From assembly GCF_001465295.1 (NCBI RefSeq), contig NZ_CP011034.1:2460001-2492000 (forward strand): a DNA stretch of 32,000 nt, given 5' to 3'. This document shows, in pieces, positions 16,582 to 25,364 of the stretch. Positions within the stretch are counted from its first letter, which is position 1. The number at the start of each line of letters is the position of its first letter. Under the pieces are notes generated by a model. The model saw nothing but the letters and a program-made list of their open reading frames with translations, was not told the origin of the DNA and searched no databases. Source of the DNA: Pseudoalteromonas translucida KMM 520. Lineage in GTDB: Bacteria; Pseudomonadota; Gammaproteobacteria; Enterobacterales; Alteromonadaceae. Position numbers and translations under genes: made by a program.

Positions 16582-19500
16582 GGTTTAGCTTAGTTTATGC
16601 CTTAATAGTCAGTTCCGCTTTGAGTGCTAAAGCAGCAGACGATATAGACACTCAGTCTGTCGCATGGCTATTAAAGCAGATAAATATTGGCAAAGGACAA
16701 GAAAATAAAAAGCTCGTTGAAGATAGCTTACGTAAACTCGTTGCTATAGCCCCAATGCGCATTGAAACCCAATGTGCTTTAGCACGTAATTATTTTGCTA
16801 ACGGCGCAATTAATGAAGCAACCTTATTACTAAATCAACTTGATAATGGCGTAGCAAAACAACACCCATGTATTGAGCAACTGCGAGTTATTGCTCGCAT
16901 CGAAACAACCGATAAACCATTAGTACTAAGAGCAAAGTTACTTGCGCGAGCAGGCCAATATGTTCAAGCTAGGCAAATTTATAATACCCTATTTAATACA
17001 GCCTACCCCGAACTTAGTTATGAGCTTGAACATTTAAACTGGTACGCGCAAGACAGCACTCAGTGGCAACAAGTTAATAAAGGCTACATACGTTTAATGG
17101 CTCACTATCCTGATGTAGCCCTGATCGAAATAGCCTACGCAACTCACCTATTTAGACACTCAGCGCTTGACGTACACGCGACTGAAATTTTTAGTAAATA
17201 TGGCGTCACAGGACGGTTTAGCAACCAAATTGAAGACGCTTGGCTAAGAACATTAGCTTCTATGCCACTGCAAAGTAGTACTGAGCAACAGTATCAGCGT
17301 TACTTTCTGGTGTATCCTTTTAGCAGTAAAGGGGAATTGCAATATCAAGATTTCAAAAAAGAGTTTAGCGCTCGTCAAGCCTTGCTAGGTGATCCAGCTT
17401 ATCAACTTTGGCTAAAAGGTGATGAACTACTTGAAAAAAACAAGTTAAATGCCGCTGAACCTCTTTTATTAAGAGCGTTAAAAGGCCGCCCAACTGATAC
17501 TCAAATTATGCGCAGCTTAGGTGTGCTTTATTTACGCTCAGGTGAGCATCAAAAAGCTAATAACTACTTTACTCGTGCATTAAAATACACCTCAGAGTTT
17601 AATGAGCGTGAAATACTTAAAGGTTTATCCAAAACAGCTCGTTTTTGGCTACATATTCGCCAGACTAAAGAAGCCATAAATAACGCAGAGTTTAGAACGG
17701 CAGCACTCAAACTAAATTTAGCGGCTGCATTACAAGAAAATCCTGACACCATTTTATTTTATAAGGGCGAGCTTTTATTTGCTCAAGGGCAGTACTCTCA
17801 AGCTGCTACTTTTTATCAAAGTGTTTTAAAAAATGAACCGCTTAACTCAAGTGCATTATTAAGCTTACTTAAAATAGCCGAACTTGAGCAAAGTGAAAAA
17901 GCGTTAAATGCTTTTTATAATAACCTTAGTTCTTTGCAAAAACAGCAAGTAAAATCAGCTTACGCGGCCGCTGTTAGCAAGCAACTAAGAGCAAAAGCGA
18001 CTCGATTTTATGATGCAGGCGAATTAAACACCGCTAAGAAAACCTTAGAATATGCCATTGAGTTAACGCCTCAACAACCCTGGTTATACTACGATCTTGC
18101 TTTAATTTATCAGCAACAAGGTTTAACTCAGCAAGCCCGCTCTTTATTTAACAATGTGTTATGGCAATTTCCACTTAACTCTTCGCTCCGTTATAGCCAT
18201 GCACTTTTTCTGCGCTCTATAGATGACTATAAGGGGGCACAAGCGACCTTAAAGTATATTCCGGTTAAAGATAGAGATGCCGATATTTTAGTGCTCGAAC
18301 AACAGTTACATATTAATGAGTCGCTTAATCAAAGCGAGCAACTCTTAAATACTAACAATAAAGCAGTCGCGGTTTACCATTTAAGTAATTTAGAAGCGCA
18401 AGATTTAACACCTTTAATGCAAGCAAAACTAGCAAGTAGTTGGTATAAAATTGCAGAACAACAATACGCACTTAATTTACTTAATAAAGCTTTAACAAGC
18501 GCGCCAACTCTCGCCCCATATTGGCATATGCTTTATGGCGAATGGCTTTTAGAGCAAGGTATTGAAGAGAAAACGCATAACTGGTTTATAAGTTACGCAT
18601 TACCAGAGAGCGCAACTGAAAACGAAATTACTCAATATGTGCAATTACATAATAATTATATAAATCAATATTACAGTGGTAGTGATTTAATCGCTAAGCT
18701 AAATCAACTTGACCAAAAATATAAAAATACGCCGGCAATAACTACCGCTCTTATAAATGCAAACTTAGCACTTGAGCAACGTGAAGCGGCAATTATTTTA
18801 TATCAGCAAAAAATACAAAATAAACAAACTCTTGAGCCCCAAGCTTTAATGGCTATTGCCACCGCTTATAGAGAGCTTGGTGACGACTATCAGGCAAAGC
18901 AGGTTACACAACAGGCTATAAATCAAAGCACCTCTCAAGAGGGGTACTTACAACGACAAATAATGGCATCCCTTAATGAGTTTAACTACGCGGGTGATGC
19001 GCTGTATCTTGCGAAGCAATTAGTTGATAAATCGCCAAACGATCAAGAACTTCGATACCTAGGAGCTCAAGTTGCCGATAAGTTTAACAATGTTGAGCAA
19101 GCAAATACCTGGTATCAGCAAACACTATCGCCTAACCAAGCTCTCAATGATGAACAGCTATACAGCAGCCTAGCACGTATTAACGACACTGACCCTTGGT
19201 ATATTAATGGCGCAAAACGTGAATTAATAAACCAACAAAATAAAAATCAAGCTTATATTGCCATTGGGGTTAATTTTAGTGGTCAAACAAGCACCCAAAG
19301 CGAAGCAACGTTGGGGGCAGGCTTAATGCCTATGGAAGCTTATTTTCCGCTTTGGCAAGGGCAAGGGTTTATTAAAGTCGACCCAACAACTGTAAGCGCA
19401 CAAACAACACGATTTGATGAGCAATTTGCAGGTAGCCGCTATGGACAAGGTGCATTGTGTATTTTTACCTGTTCATTAGATGAAGTAAGCCCTGAGGAAA

Positions 19501-20390
19501 GTGGCGTTGATATTGGTATAGGTTGGCAAAATGAAAACTGGCGTGTTGATGTCGGCACTACCCCGCTTGGTTTTTTAATTGAAGACATTGTGTGGGGCAT
19601 AAACTACGCAGACGATTTTGGCGACTTTGGATACAGCCTCGAACTTGAAAAACGTCCTGTTACCAGCTCGGTACTCTCCTATGCTGGTTTAACCGATATA
19701 CACTCAGGTAATGTTTGGGGTGGCGTGCGCTCAACAGGCCTAACCGCCAACTTATCGCACGATTTGGGTGGTAATTGGGGTTTTTGGTCAAGTGCCGATT
19801 TTCAATTATATAAAGGTCAAAACGTAAAAGACAATCAACGTTATCGGCTAATGGGTGGCAGTTACTATCGCGTTATTAGTAACCAAGAGCGTGAATTTAC
19901 CGCAGGTGTCAGTTTATTGCATTGGTCTTATAAGTTTAATTTAAGTGAAGAAACCTATGGCCATGGCGGATATTACAGCCCACAAAACTATATAGGTATT
20001 TCATTACCATTAAGTTATGACGCACGTTGGGGAGATGATTTTGTTTATCGAATTAAAACCGGTATTTCATATTCACAAACTAAATCGAACGCGATTGACT
20101 TTTTTCCAAACGATCCCGACTTACAAGCCCAAGCATTTGTAAGCCAGCTTGAAACAGGCGTCGTTCCTGCTTTTAACGGTGATACTAGCGCCGGTGTTTC
20201 GTATAACTTAGAAGGCAGTTTTGAGTACCGAGTAACCCCGCATTGGTTTTTTGGAGGCTACTTAGCTATTGACCGTTCTGACTTTTATGAGCCTAACTTT
20301 GGACAACTTTATGTACGTTACTATTTCAATCCTGTTTACGGCACATTAGCATTCCCAGGCAAACCTATAATACCTTATGCTGACTTTTAA
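16572..20390 (+). CDS. bcsC: Cellulose export outer-membrane protein BcsC (TPR plus beta-barrel)
   Basis: 1272 aa. It has a signal peptide, a long TPR-like helical repeat region, and a C-terminal beta-strand-rich region of about 350 aa ending in an aromatic residue (PYADF). It overlaps bcsZ by 10 nt. Confidence 0.9.
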   Translation: MPLRFSLVYALIVSSALSAKAADDIDTQSVAWLLKQINIGKGQENKKLVEDSLRKLVAIAPMRIETQCALARNYFANGAINEATLLLNQLDNGVAKQHPCIEQLRVIARIETTDKPLVLRAKLLARAGQYVQARQIYNTLFNTAYPELSYELEHLNWYAQDSTQWQQVNKGYIRLMAHYPDVALIEIAYATHLFRHSALDVHATEIFSKYGVTGRFSNQIEDAWLRTLASMPLQSSTEQQYQRYFLVYPFSSKGELQYQDFKKEFSARQALLGDPAYQLWLKGDELLEKNKLNAAEPLLLRALKGRPTDTQIMRSLGVLYLRSGEHQKANNYFTRALKYTSEFNEREILKGLSKTARFWLHIRQTKEAINNAEFRTAALKLNLAAALQENPDTILFYKGELLFAQGQYSQAATFYQSVLKNEPLNSSALLSLLKIAELEQSEKALNAFYNNLSSLQKQQVKSAYAAAVSKQLRAKATRFYDAGELNTAKKTLEYAIELTPQQPWLYYDLALIYQQQGLTQQARSLFNNVLWQFPLNSSLRYSHALFLRSIDDYKGAQATLKYIPVKDRDADILVLEQQLHINESLNQSEQLLNTNNKAVAVYHLSNLEAQDLTPLMQAKLASSWYKIAEQQYALNLLNKALTSAPTLAPYWHMLYGEWLLEQGIEEKTHNWFISYALPESATENEITQYVQLHNNYINQYYSGSDLIAKLNQLDQKYKNTPAITTALINANLALEQREAAIILYQQKIQNKQTLEPQALMAIATAYRELGDDYQAKQVTQQAINQSTSQEGYLQRQIMASLNEFNYAGDALYLAKQLVDKSPNDQELRYLGAQVADKFNNVEQANTWYQQTLSPNQALNDEQLYSSLARINDTDPWYINGAKRELINQQNKNQAYIAIGVNFSGQTSTQSEATLGAGLMPMEAYFPLWQGQGFIKVDPTTVSAQTTRFDEQFAGSRYGQGALCIFTCSLDEVSPEESGVDIGIGWQNENWRVDVGTTPLGFLIEDIVWGINYADDFGDFGYSLELEKRPVTSSVLSYAGLTDIHSGNVWGGVRSTGLTANLSHDLGGNWGFWSSADFQLYKGQNVKDNQRYRLMGGSYYRVISNQEREFTAGVSLLHWSYKFNLSEETYGHGGYYSPQNYIGISLPLSYDARWGDDFVYRIKTGISYSQTKSNAIDFFPNDPDLQAQAFVSQLETGVVPAFNGDTSAGVSYNLEGSFEYRVTPHWFFGGYLAIDRSDFYEPNFGQLYVRYYFNPVYGTLAFPGKPIIPYADF

Positions 20391-20646
20391 CAAAGTTTAT
20401 TGTGTTTAAACCATAAAGCTTAACACTTCCCCTCGCACTAAGGTCTATGTATACTAATGCGCAATTGTAGCTAGGATAAGGGTGTGACTCTTACCTACAG
20501 CTTTACTACCTTAACGGCAAACCATTACCTTAGCTGCATTAAACAATACTGATGGTCGAGCATTTAGCGTGTAATACATGGCGCTAAATAGCTAAAGCAA
20601 AAATATATAAGGCCATTACAACAATACTTAAAGTTAGGAAGTAAAT

Positions 20647-22137
20647 ATGAGTTCAGCTCCAGATAGTGGTTGGTTTGGCCACCCTAAAGGACTTTCAACC
20701 TTGTTCTTCACCGAAATGTGGGAACGAATGAGTTATTACGGTATGCGAGCTATGCTCGTATTATTCATGACAGCAAGTTTACAACAAGAAGGCTTAGCCT
20801 TTACCGTTGCTTCAGCTGCTGCTATTTATGGTCTATACACAGGCGCAGTATACTTTTTAGGCTTACCAGGTGGTTGGCTAGCTGATAGATTATTCGGCGG
20901 TCAAAAAGCTGTTTGGTATGGCGGTATTATTATTATGTGTGGCCATATTATTTTGGCTATTCCACATGATTATTCATTTTTTATTGGTTTAATTTTTGTA
21001 GCAACGGGTACTGGTTTACTAAAACCAAATATCAGCGCTATGGTTGGACAACTATACAGTGATGCAGATGAACGTCGTGATGGCGGGTATGCTATTTACT
21101 ACATGGGTATTAACTTAGGTTCATTAATTGGTTACTACGTTTGTGGTTACTTTATGGAAAATCTAGGTTGGCACTGGGCGTTTGGTGCTGCAGCTGTTGG
21201 TATGGCTATTGGTTTAGTGCAATACAAGCGCTCACTTAAAAACTTACCTGAGCATAGTGCTCTACCAGCTAATCCATTAGGTCCTAAGGGTACTGCTCGC
21301 GCATGGGGCAGTATTGCTATATTTATCATTATAGCGGCTGCAATCACTACCGCCGCTATGACTGGCGCTATAATTATTAATCCAACGGTAGTTGCAGGTT
21401 ATACTGCGATTGCATTCACTATTATTTTCTTTGTTTATTTTGGTCTTATCTACTTTAAAGGTAAGTTAACCGATGCTGAGAAACAAAGAATGTGGGCACT
21501 GTTTTTAGTATGTATAGCTTCTGCCTGTTTTTGGTCTGGCTTTGAGCAAGCAGGTTCATCATTAAACTTATTTGCACGTGATTATACTGACCGTCTTATT
21601 GGTACTTTTGAAATCCCTACAACTTGGTTTCAGTCATTAAACTCGCTGTTTATTATTGCGCTATCACCATTTTTTGCAGCGCTTTGGATCAATATGTCAA
21701 AGCGTCTTGTTTCACCATCTTATAGTGCAAAATGTGCTGTTGGTTTAATTATAATGGCAACTGGTTTCTTAGTTATGTTTATGGCAGCGCATTATGCCGC
21801 TGAAGGCCTAAAAGTAGCACCTTACTGGCTTGTTACTACCTACTTTTTACACACTGTGGGTGAGCTTTGTTTGAGCCCTGTAGCATTAAGTGCTGTAAGT
21901 AAGTTATCGCCTCGCCGCTACACAGGCCAAATGATGGGCGTATTTGTATTAACTTATTCTATCGGTAATATCATTGCAGGATTACTTGCTGGTAACTTCG
22001 ATCCTAATAATGTTGATGAAATACCTAACTTATACCTACAAATAGCATTATTTAGTATTGGTGTTGGTGTTATTTTAGTACTAATGACCTTTAAATCTAA
22101 AGTGTGGGAAAGACAGGGACTAAGCGAGGAAGCCTAG
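20647..22137 (+). CDS. POT/PTR2 family di-/tripeptide:proton symporter
   Basis: 496 aa. It has the ExxERFxYY-type motif FTEMWERMSYYG and the PTR2 signatures GGWLADRLFGGQKAVWYGGIIIMCGH and FVATGTGLLKPNISAMVGQLY. Confidence 0.9.
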   Translation: MSSAPDSGWFGHPKGLSTLFFTEMWERMSYYGMRAMLVLFMTASLQQEGLAFTVASAAAIYGLYTGAVYFLGLPGGWLADRLFGGQKAVWYGGIIIMCGHIILAIPHDYSFFIGLIFVATGTGLLKPNISAMVGQLYSDADERRDGGYAIYYMGINLGSLIGYYVCGYFMENLGWHWAFGAAAVGMAIGLVQYKRSLKNLPEHSALPANPLGPKGTARAWGSIAIFIIIAAAITTAAMTGAIIINPTVVAGYTAIAFTIIFFVYFGLIYFKGKLTDAEKQRMWALFLVCIASACFWSGFEQAGSSLNLFARDYTDRLIGTFEIPTTWFQSLNSLFIIALSPFFAALWINMSKRLVSPSYSAKCAVGLIIMATGFLVMFMAAHYAAEGLKVAPYWLVTTYFLHTVGELCLSPVALSAVSKLSPRRYTGQMMGVFVLTYSIGNIIAGLLAGNFDPNNVDEIPNLYLQIALFSIGVGVILVLMTFKSKVWERQGLSEEA

Positions 22138-22143
22138 TAATTA

Positions 22144-22178
22144 AAGTATTAAATTAAAATATTTTTAATTTAATACTT
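22144..22178. repeat. 16-bp perfect, almost pure A/T inverted repeat
   Basis: The arms are AAGTATTAAATTAAAA and TTTTAATTTAATACTT, separated by tat. It starts 7 nt after the permease stop. Confidence 0.8.
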
Positions 22179-22196
22179 ATTACCCTGCTCTTAATC

Positions 22197-22230
22197 ACTT
22201 CCCCATAGCAGTATGGGGAAGTTTCCTCTT
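22197..22230 (+). terminator. Intrinsic terminator of the POT permease gene
   Basis: An 11-bp perfect stem (ACTTCCCCATA-gcag-TATGGGGAAGT) is followed by TTCCTCTT. Confidence 0.75.
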
Positions 22231-22311
22231 GGTAATCTTTTATTGCTTAGTTGTTAACTGGTATTATATAGCCAATTGATTACTGATTAGACTTTTAGGG
22301 ATAGTGGGTAG

Positions 22312-25044
22312 ATGCAATTGTTCACTTTATATAAAGTAATTTTAGCTGTTTTTTTCATTGGTTTTTTATCTGCTTGTGGTGGCGCTGGCGATCAAGTTAC
22401 TCCTAATCCTAATAACCCTTCCACTCCCCAAGCTAACGTATTACTTATTACTGGTGCAGGTTTATCTGCCACTATTAACGATAACTTTAAAATTGAAATA
22501 CCTGCCAATAGTGTTAACTCTGATACAGAGCTTACCTATATTACTGTTGAGCAAGACGAAACATCGCAGAATCAAAATATTATTGCTAATCTACATAGCT
22601 TAACGCCTGCCAAACTTTCGCTGAATAATCCTTTTACAATTTCCTTAAAAATCCCTGACAATTACGCATTAGGCGGCCAACTTTATATTGCCCGTTTAAA
22701 CGCTACAACTTGGGAGACTATAGAGAACTCTCGTGTTTTAAATGGTTTTGTTACCGCTCAAGTTAATCAGTTAGGCACATATGCCATAAAAATGCAGCGT
22801 AAAGAACGCACTGCCAGTATAGGCCCTACCTGTGATGTAAACAGCACTGAGCAATCTATTCGCTTTGTACATATTGCCGACTTACATGCTCGATTTGGTT
22901 ATCAAGAGCAATTTTTTAGCCGAATTAAGGCATACCATAAAAAAGCTTTAAGCGAATCATCTCACACTTTATTTACCGATGGCGGGGATGATTACGAAAA
23001 AGGCACTGTAGCTGAGCAAATATCACAAGGTTTAGCGACCGATGAAGCCGTAAAAGCAATGAAGTTCGACCTTCGTGTAATAGGTAACCATGACTATGCT
23101 TGGGGGCCTGAAAAATTATTAGGCTTTTCAAAGGATGATAATGCCATCGTACTTGCCAGTAATACACGCTATGAAGGCGAACAAACACAAGATTTTGCAG
23201 CAGTAGGTTTTGCTAAAGTACAAGTAGGCTGCATTACACTCGGCGTATTTGGTATGACATCGGTCCCGTGGAACGAGCTAGATAAACCACTACAAGATGA
23301 CCCTATTCCTGATTTTATCAAACAATTTAAAATGAGCTGGCAATGGCAACAAATAGCACAAAGTATTGTTAGCCAGTATAGCGATAAAGTAGATTATATG
23401 GTGATGTTAAGCCATTTAGGTGAAGCTCTTGATACTAGAATCGCGCAAAATGTGAGTGGTATTGATTTGGTTTTAGGCGGTCATACCCATGGCGGCGAGA
23501 GCTTTAATACCCTTGATAATGGCGCTATTGTTATTCAGCCTAACTTTTACGCTAAGGGCATAACCGACTTAAACTTAACGTTCGACACCAGTAATAAAAC
23601 GCTCAAAAATGTTGACTACAAAACAGTAAAAACCGACACCATTACTGAGCGAGACACAAACACACAACAAGCCATCGACACAATTATGGGCCGTTATGCT
23701 CCCGATGCACAAACTGAAATTGCAATATCAGAAAACTACTTAAATGCAATGCAATTAGCAGCAGTAACCGCCGCAGCTGCTCAGCACTCAAGCAGCACTA
23801 TTTCAGCAGCCTTACTCAACCCTGAGTTAGTGCAAAAACGTTGGACTCCTGGTGCCCTAACACAAGAGGACTTTCATAAAGCTTACTACGTAGAAAGGCA
23901 ACCATCTAACACCCCAGGCTTTAACTCTTTATATAAAGTCACGGTTAGCGGCAATGATTTAAATACTATGTTAGCCAATCAACCTGATTGGTTTTTATTA
24001 GCCCCTGAAAATATTCAAGCAGCAAATAACTACAGTGTCGCACTTTTTAAAGGGGCAGCTCTTAATCCTGATTTATTTTTTAATGGGGTTACTTTTAATG
24101 ATGTAGCACCGATAGCCGAAGCTTGGTGGCTTCTGGATCAATACGCACGTCATAGAACCACTCAATGCTTGCATATTGATACAAATACGCCACTCAATGC
24201 TTGCCAAGACATTGCTAATATTACTGTCTGGAACTTTGATGATGTTAGCGATCCGCTTAAAGCCGACTTAGGCCCATCAATTCTTAGTTACTTTGATCCT
24301 GACAATAAAGGCTGGGGTCCTAAAAAAACCACCTTTGCTAGTACTAGCGCATTTAATATTAGTGATTTAGCTGATGGCGAATCAACTGTAATGGCATTTA
24401 CCGATCACTCTCCTAACGAAGGGCTAAAGATTGAGTTAAATACCGCGCCAAATGGAGATTTTGCAAACCAAGGAATGGTGTCTGACTACACTATAGTGAT
24501 GGACATTTATTGGCCTTTTGCAGCAAAAGAAATATACAGAGCACTAATTCAAACCGATGCAACAAATGATTTGAATAACGACGCCGACATATTTATTAAT
24601 CCTATTGGTGGGTTAGGTGCATCAACCAGCGACAGTGGTTATTTTGGCACATCTGAGCCTGATACCTGGCACCGCATAGCTTTTGTATTTTATACCGCAC
24701 CAAGCAATGGCGTATTTGAAGTGTATATTGATGGTGAATTTGCGGGTGTTAAAAGAGACGGTGAAATAGGTAAACGCTGGGCACTCGATCAAGCCGTATT
24801 ATTATTAACCGATAATAACTACGAAACCGAACCGGGTTATTTAAACGCACTGCTTTATGCTGGTCGCGCAATGACTCGCAGTGAAATAAAAAGTATGGGT
24901 AACGCGCAACAAAAGCTGACTTTTAAGCAAACAACCCGAGAGCTCAATCAAAGTGTTGAACGCCATTACCAACTTGCGCCCGCAATAAAACCTAATTTAT
25001 GGTTAGAGCAACGTAGCAAGTTCTTTAACAATAGCAAACCGTAA
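22312..25044 (+). CDS. Multidomain lipoprotein with an N-terminal beta-rich module, a metallophosphatase/5'-nucleotidase (UshA-like) core and a C-terminal LamG/concanavalin-like module
   Basis: 910 aa. The lipobox FLSAC has its Cys codon at 22375-22377. Calcineurin-type motifs are HIADLH, DGGDDYEKG, GNHDY and GGHTHG (aa about 183-395). A 5'-nucleotidase C-terminal-like region spans aa about 400-625. The LamG-like jelly-roll pattern is YTIVMDIYWP...ALIQTD...WHRIAFVF...VYIDGEF...LLLTDNN (aa about 636-865). Confidence 0.8.
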   Translation: MQLFTLYKVILAVFFIGFLSACGGAGDQVTPNPNNPSTPQANVLLITGAGLSATINDNFKIEIPANSVNSDTELTYITVEQDETSQNQNIIANLHSLTPAKLSLNNPFTISLKIPDNYALGGQLYIARLNATTWETIENSRVLNGFVTAQVNQLGTYAIKMQRKERTASIGPTCDVNSTEQSIRFVHIADLHARFGYQEQFFSRIKAYHKKALSESSHTLFTDGGDDYEKGTVAEQISQGLATDEAVKAMKFDLRVIGNHDYAWGPEKLLGFSKDDNAIVLASNTRYEGEQTQDFAAVGFAKVQVGCITLGVFGMTSVPWNELDKPLQDDPIPDFIKQFKMSWQWQQIAQSIVSQYSDKVDYMVMLSHLGEALDTRIAQNVSGIDLVLGGHTHGGESFNTLDNGAIVIQPNFYAKGITDLNLTFDTSNKTLKNVDYKTVKTDTITERDTNTQQAIDTIMGRYAPDAQTEIAISENYLNAMQLAAVTAAAAQHSSSTISAALLNPELVQKRWTPGALTQEDFHKAYYVERQPSNTPGFNSLYKVTVSGNDLNTMLANQPDWFLLAPENIQAANNYSVALFKGAALNPDLFFNGVTFNDVAPIAEAWWLLDQYARHRTTQCLHIDTNTPLNACQDIANITVWNFDDVSDPLKADLGPSILSYFDPDNKGWGPKKTTFASTSAFNISDLADGESTVMAFTDHSPNEGLKIELNTAPNGDFANQGMVSDYTIVMDIYWPFAAKEIYRALIQTDATNDLNNDADIFINPIGGLGASTSDSGYFGTSEPDTWHRIAFVFYTAPSNGVFEVYIDGEFAGVKRDGEIGKRWALDQAVLLLTDNNYETEPGYLNALLYAGRAMTRSEIKSMGNAQQKLTFKQTTRELNQSVERHYQLAPAIKPNLWLEQRSKFFNNSKP

Positions 25045-25084
25045 ACAATTAAATACAAAAAACCTTATTTTTACTAGGGTAAAA

Positions 25085-25114
25085 AAAGAGATTTAAGTTA
25101 GCTTAAATCTCTTT
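25085..25114. terminator. 13-bp perfect hairpin after the lipoprotein gene (probable terminator)
   Basis: The sequence is AAAGAGATTTAAG-ttag-CTTAAATCTCTTT, with an A-run upstream and A-rich sequence downstream. The only T-run on the plus strand is the one within the stem (CTCTTT). Confidence 0.45.
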
Positions 25115-25364
25115 AAAAATAAACAAACTACAATAAAATCAATAGCTAAAACTTAAACTACCGCACTTATTGAAACGTTTTTATACATAAGCGTATTTAA
25201 AGCACACAGCAAAAAAGTAACTTACTGCTAACCGTCCTATAAAATTTACACACGCGCTGTTTACTAAATAACAACGCCCTCTTCCCCAAAGTACAAATTT
25301 AGTTAATCATCTACAGCAATACGACAACAAATAATCGCAGTGCTTAATTGCGGGAGTAATGATA

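Noticed and set aside
20391-20646. A riboswitch or known cis-regulatory RNA in the bcsC-permease spacer.
   Set aside because: I could recognise no conserved riboswitch core (for example c-di-GMP-I/II, TPP, glycine or T-box features). Only generic short hairpins are present.
20425-22206. A shared 9-mer CACTTCCCC in similar context (TAACACTTCCCC versus TAATCACTTCCCC) upstream (about 20425) and downstream (about 22196) of the POT permease, considered as possible flanking direct repeats.
   Set aside because: The match is short and the contexts diverge immediately outside it. The downstream copy is simply one arm of the terminator stem. A 9-mer coincidence in 32 kb is not compelling.
6153-25044. 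Treating the bcs block as a mobile genomic island.
   Set aside because: I saw no integrase, transposase, tRNA gene, phage gene or flanking direct repeats at either border. By eye the composition is not strikingly different from the flanks. Only the weaker idea of an ancient insertion is kept, as a finding to test.
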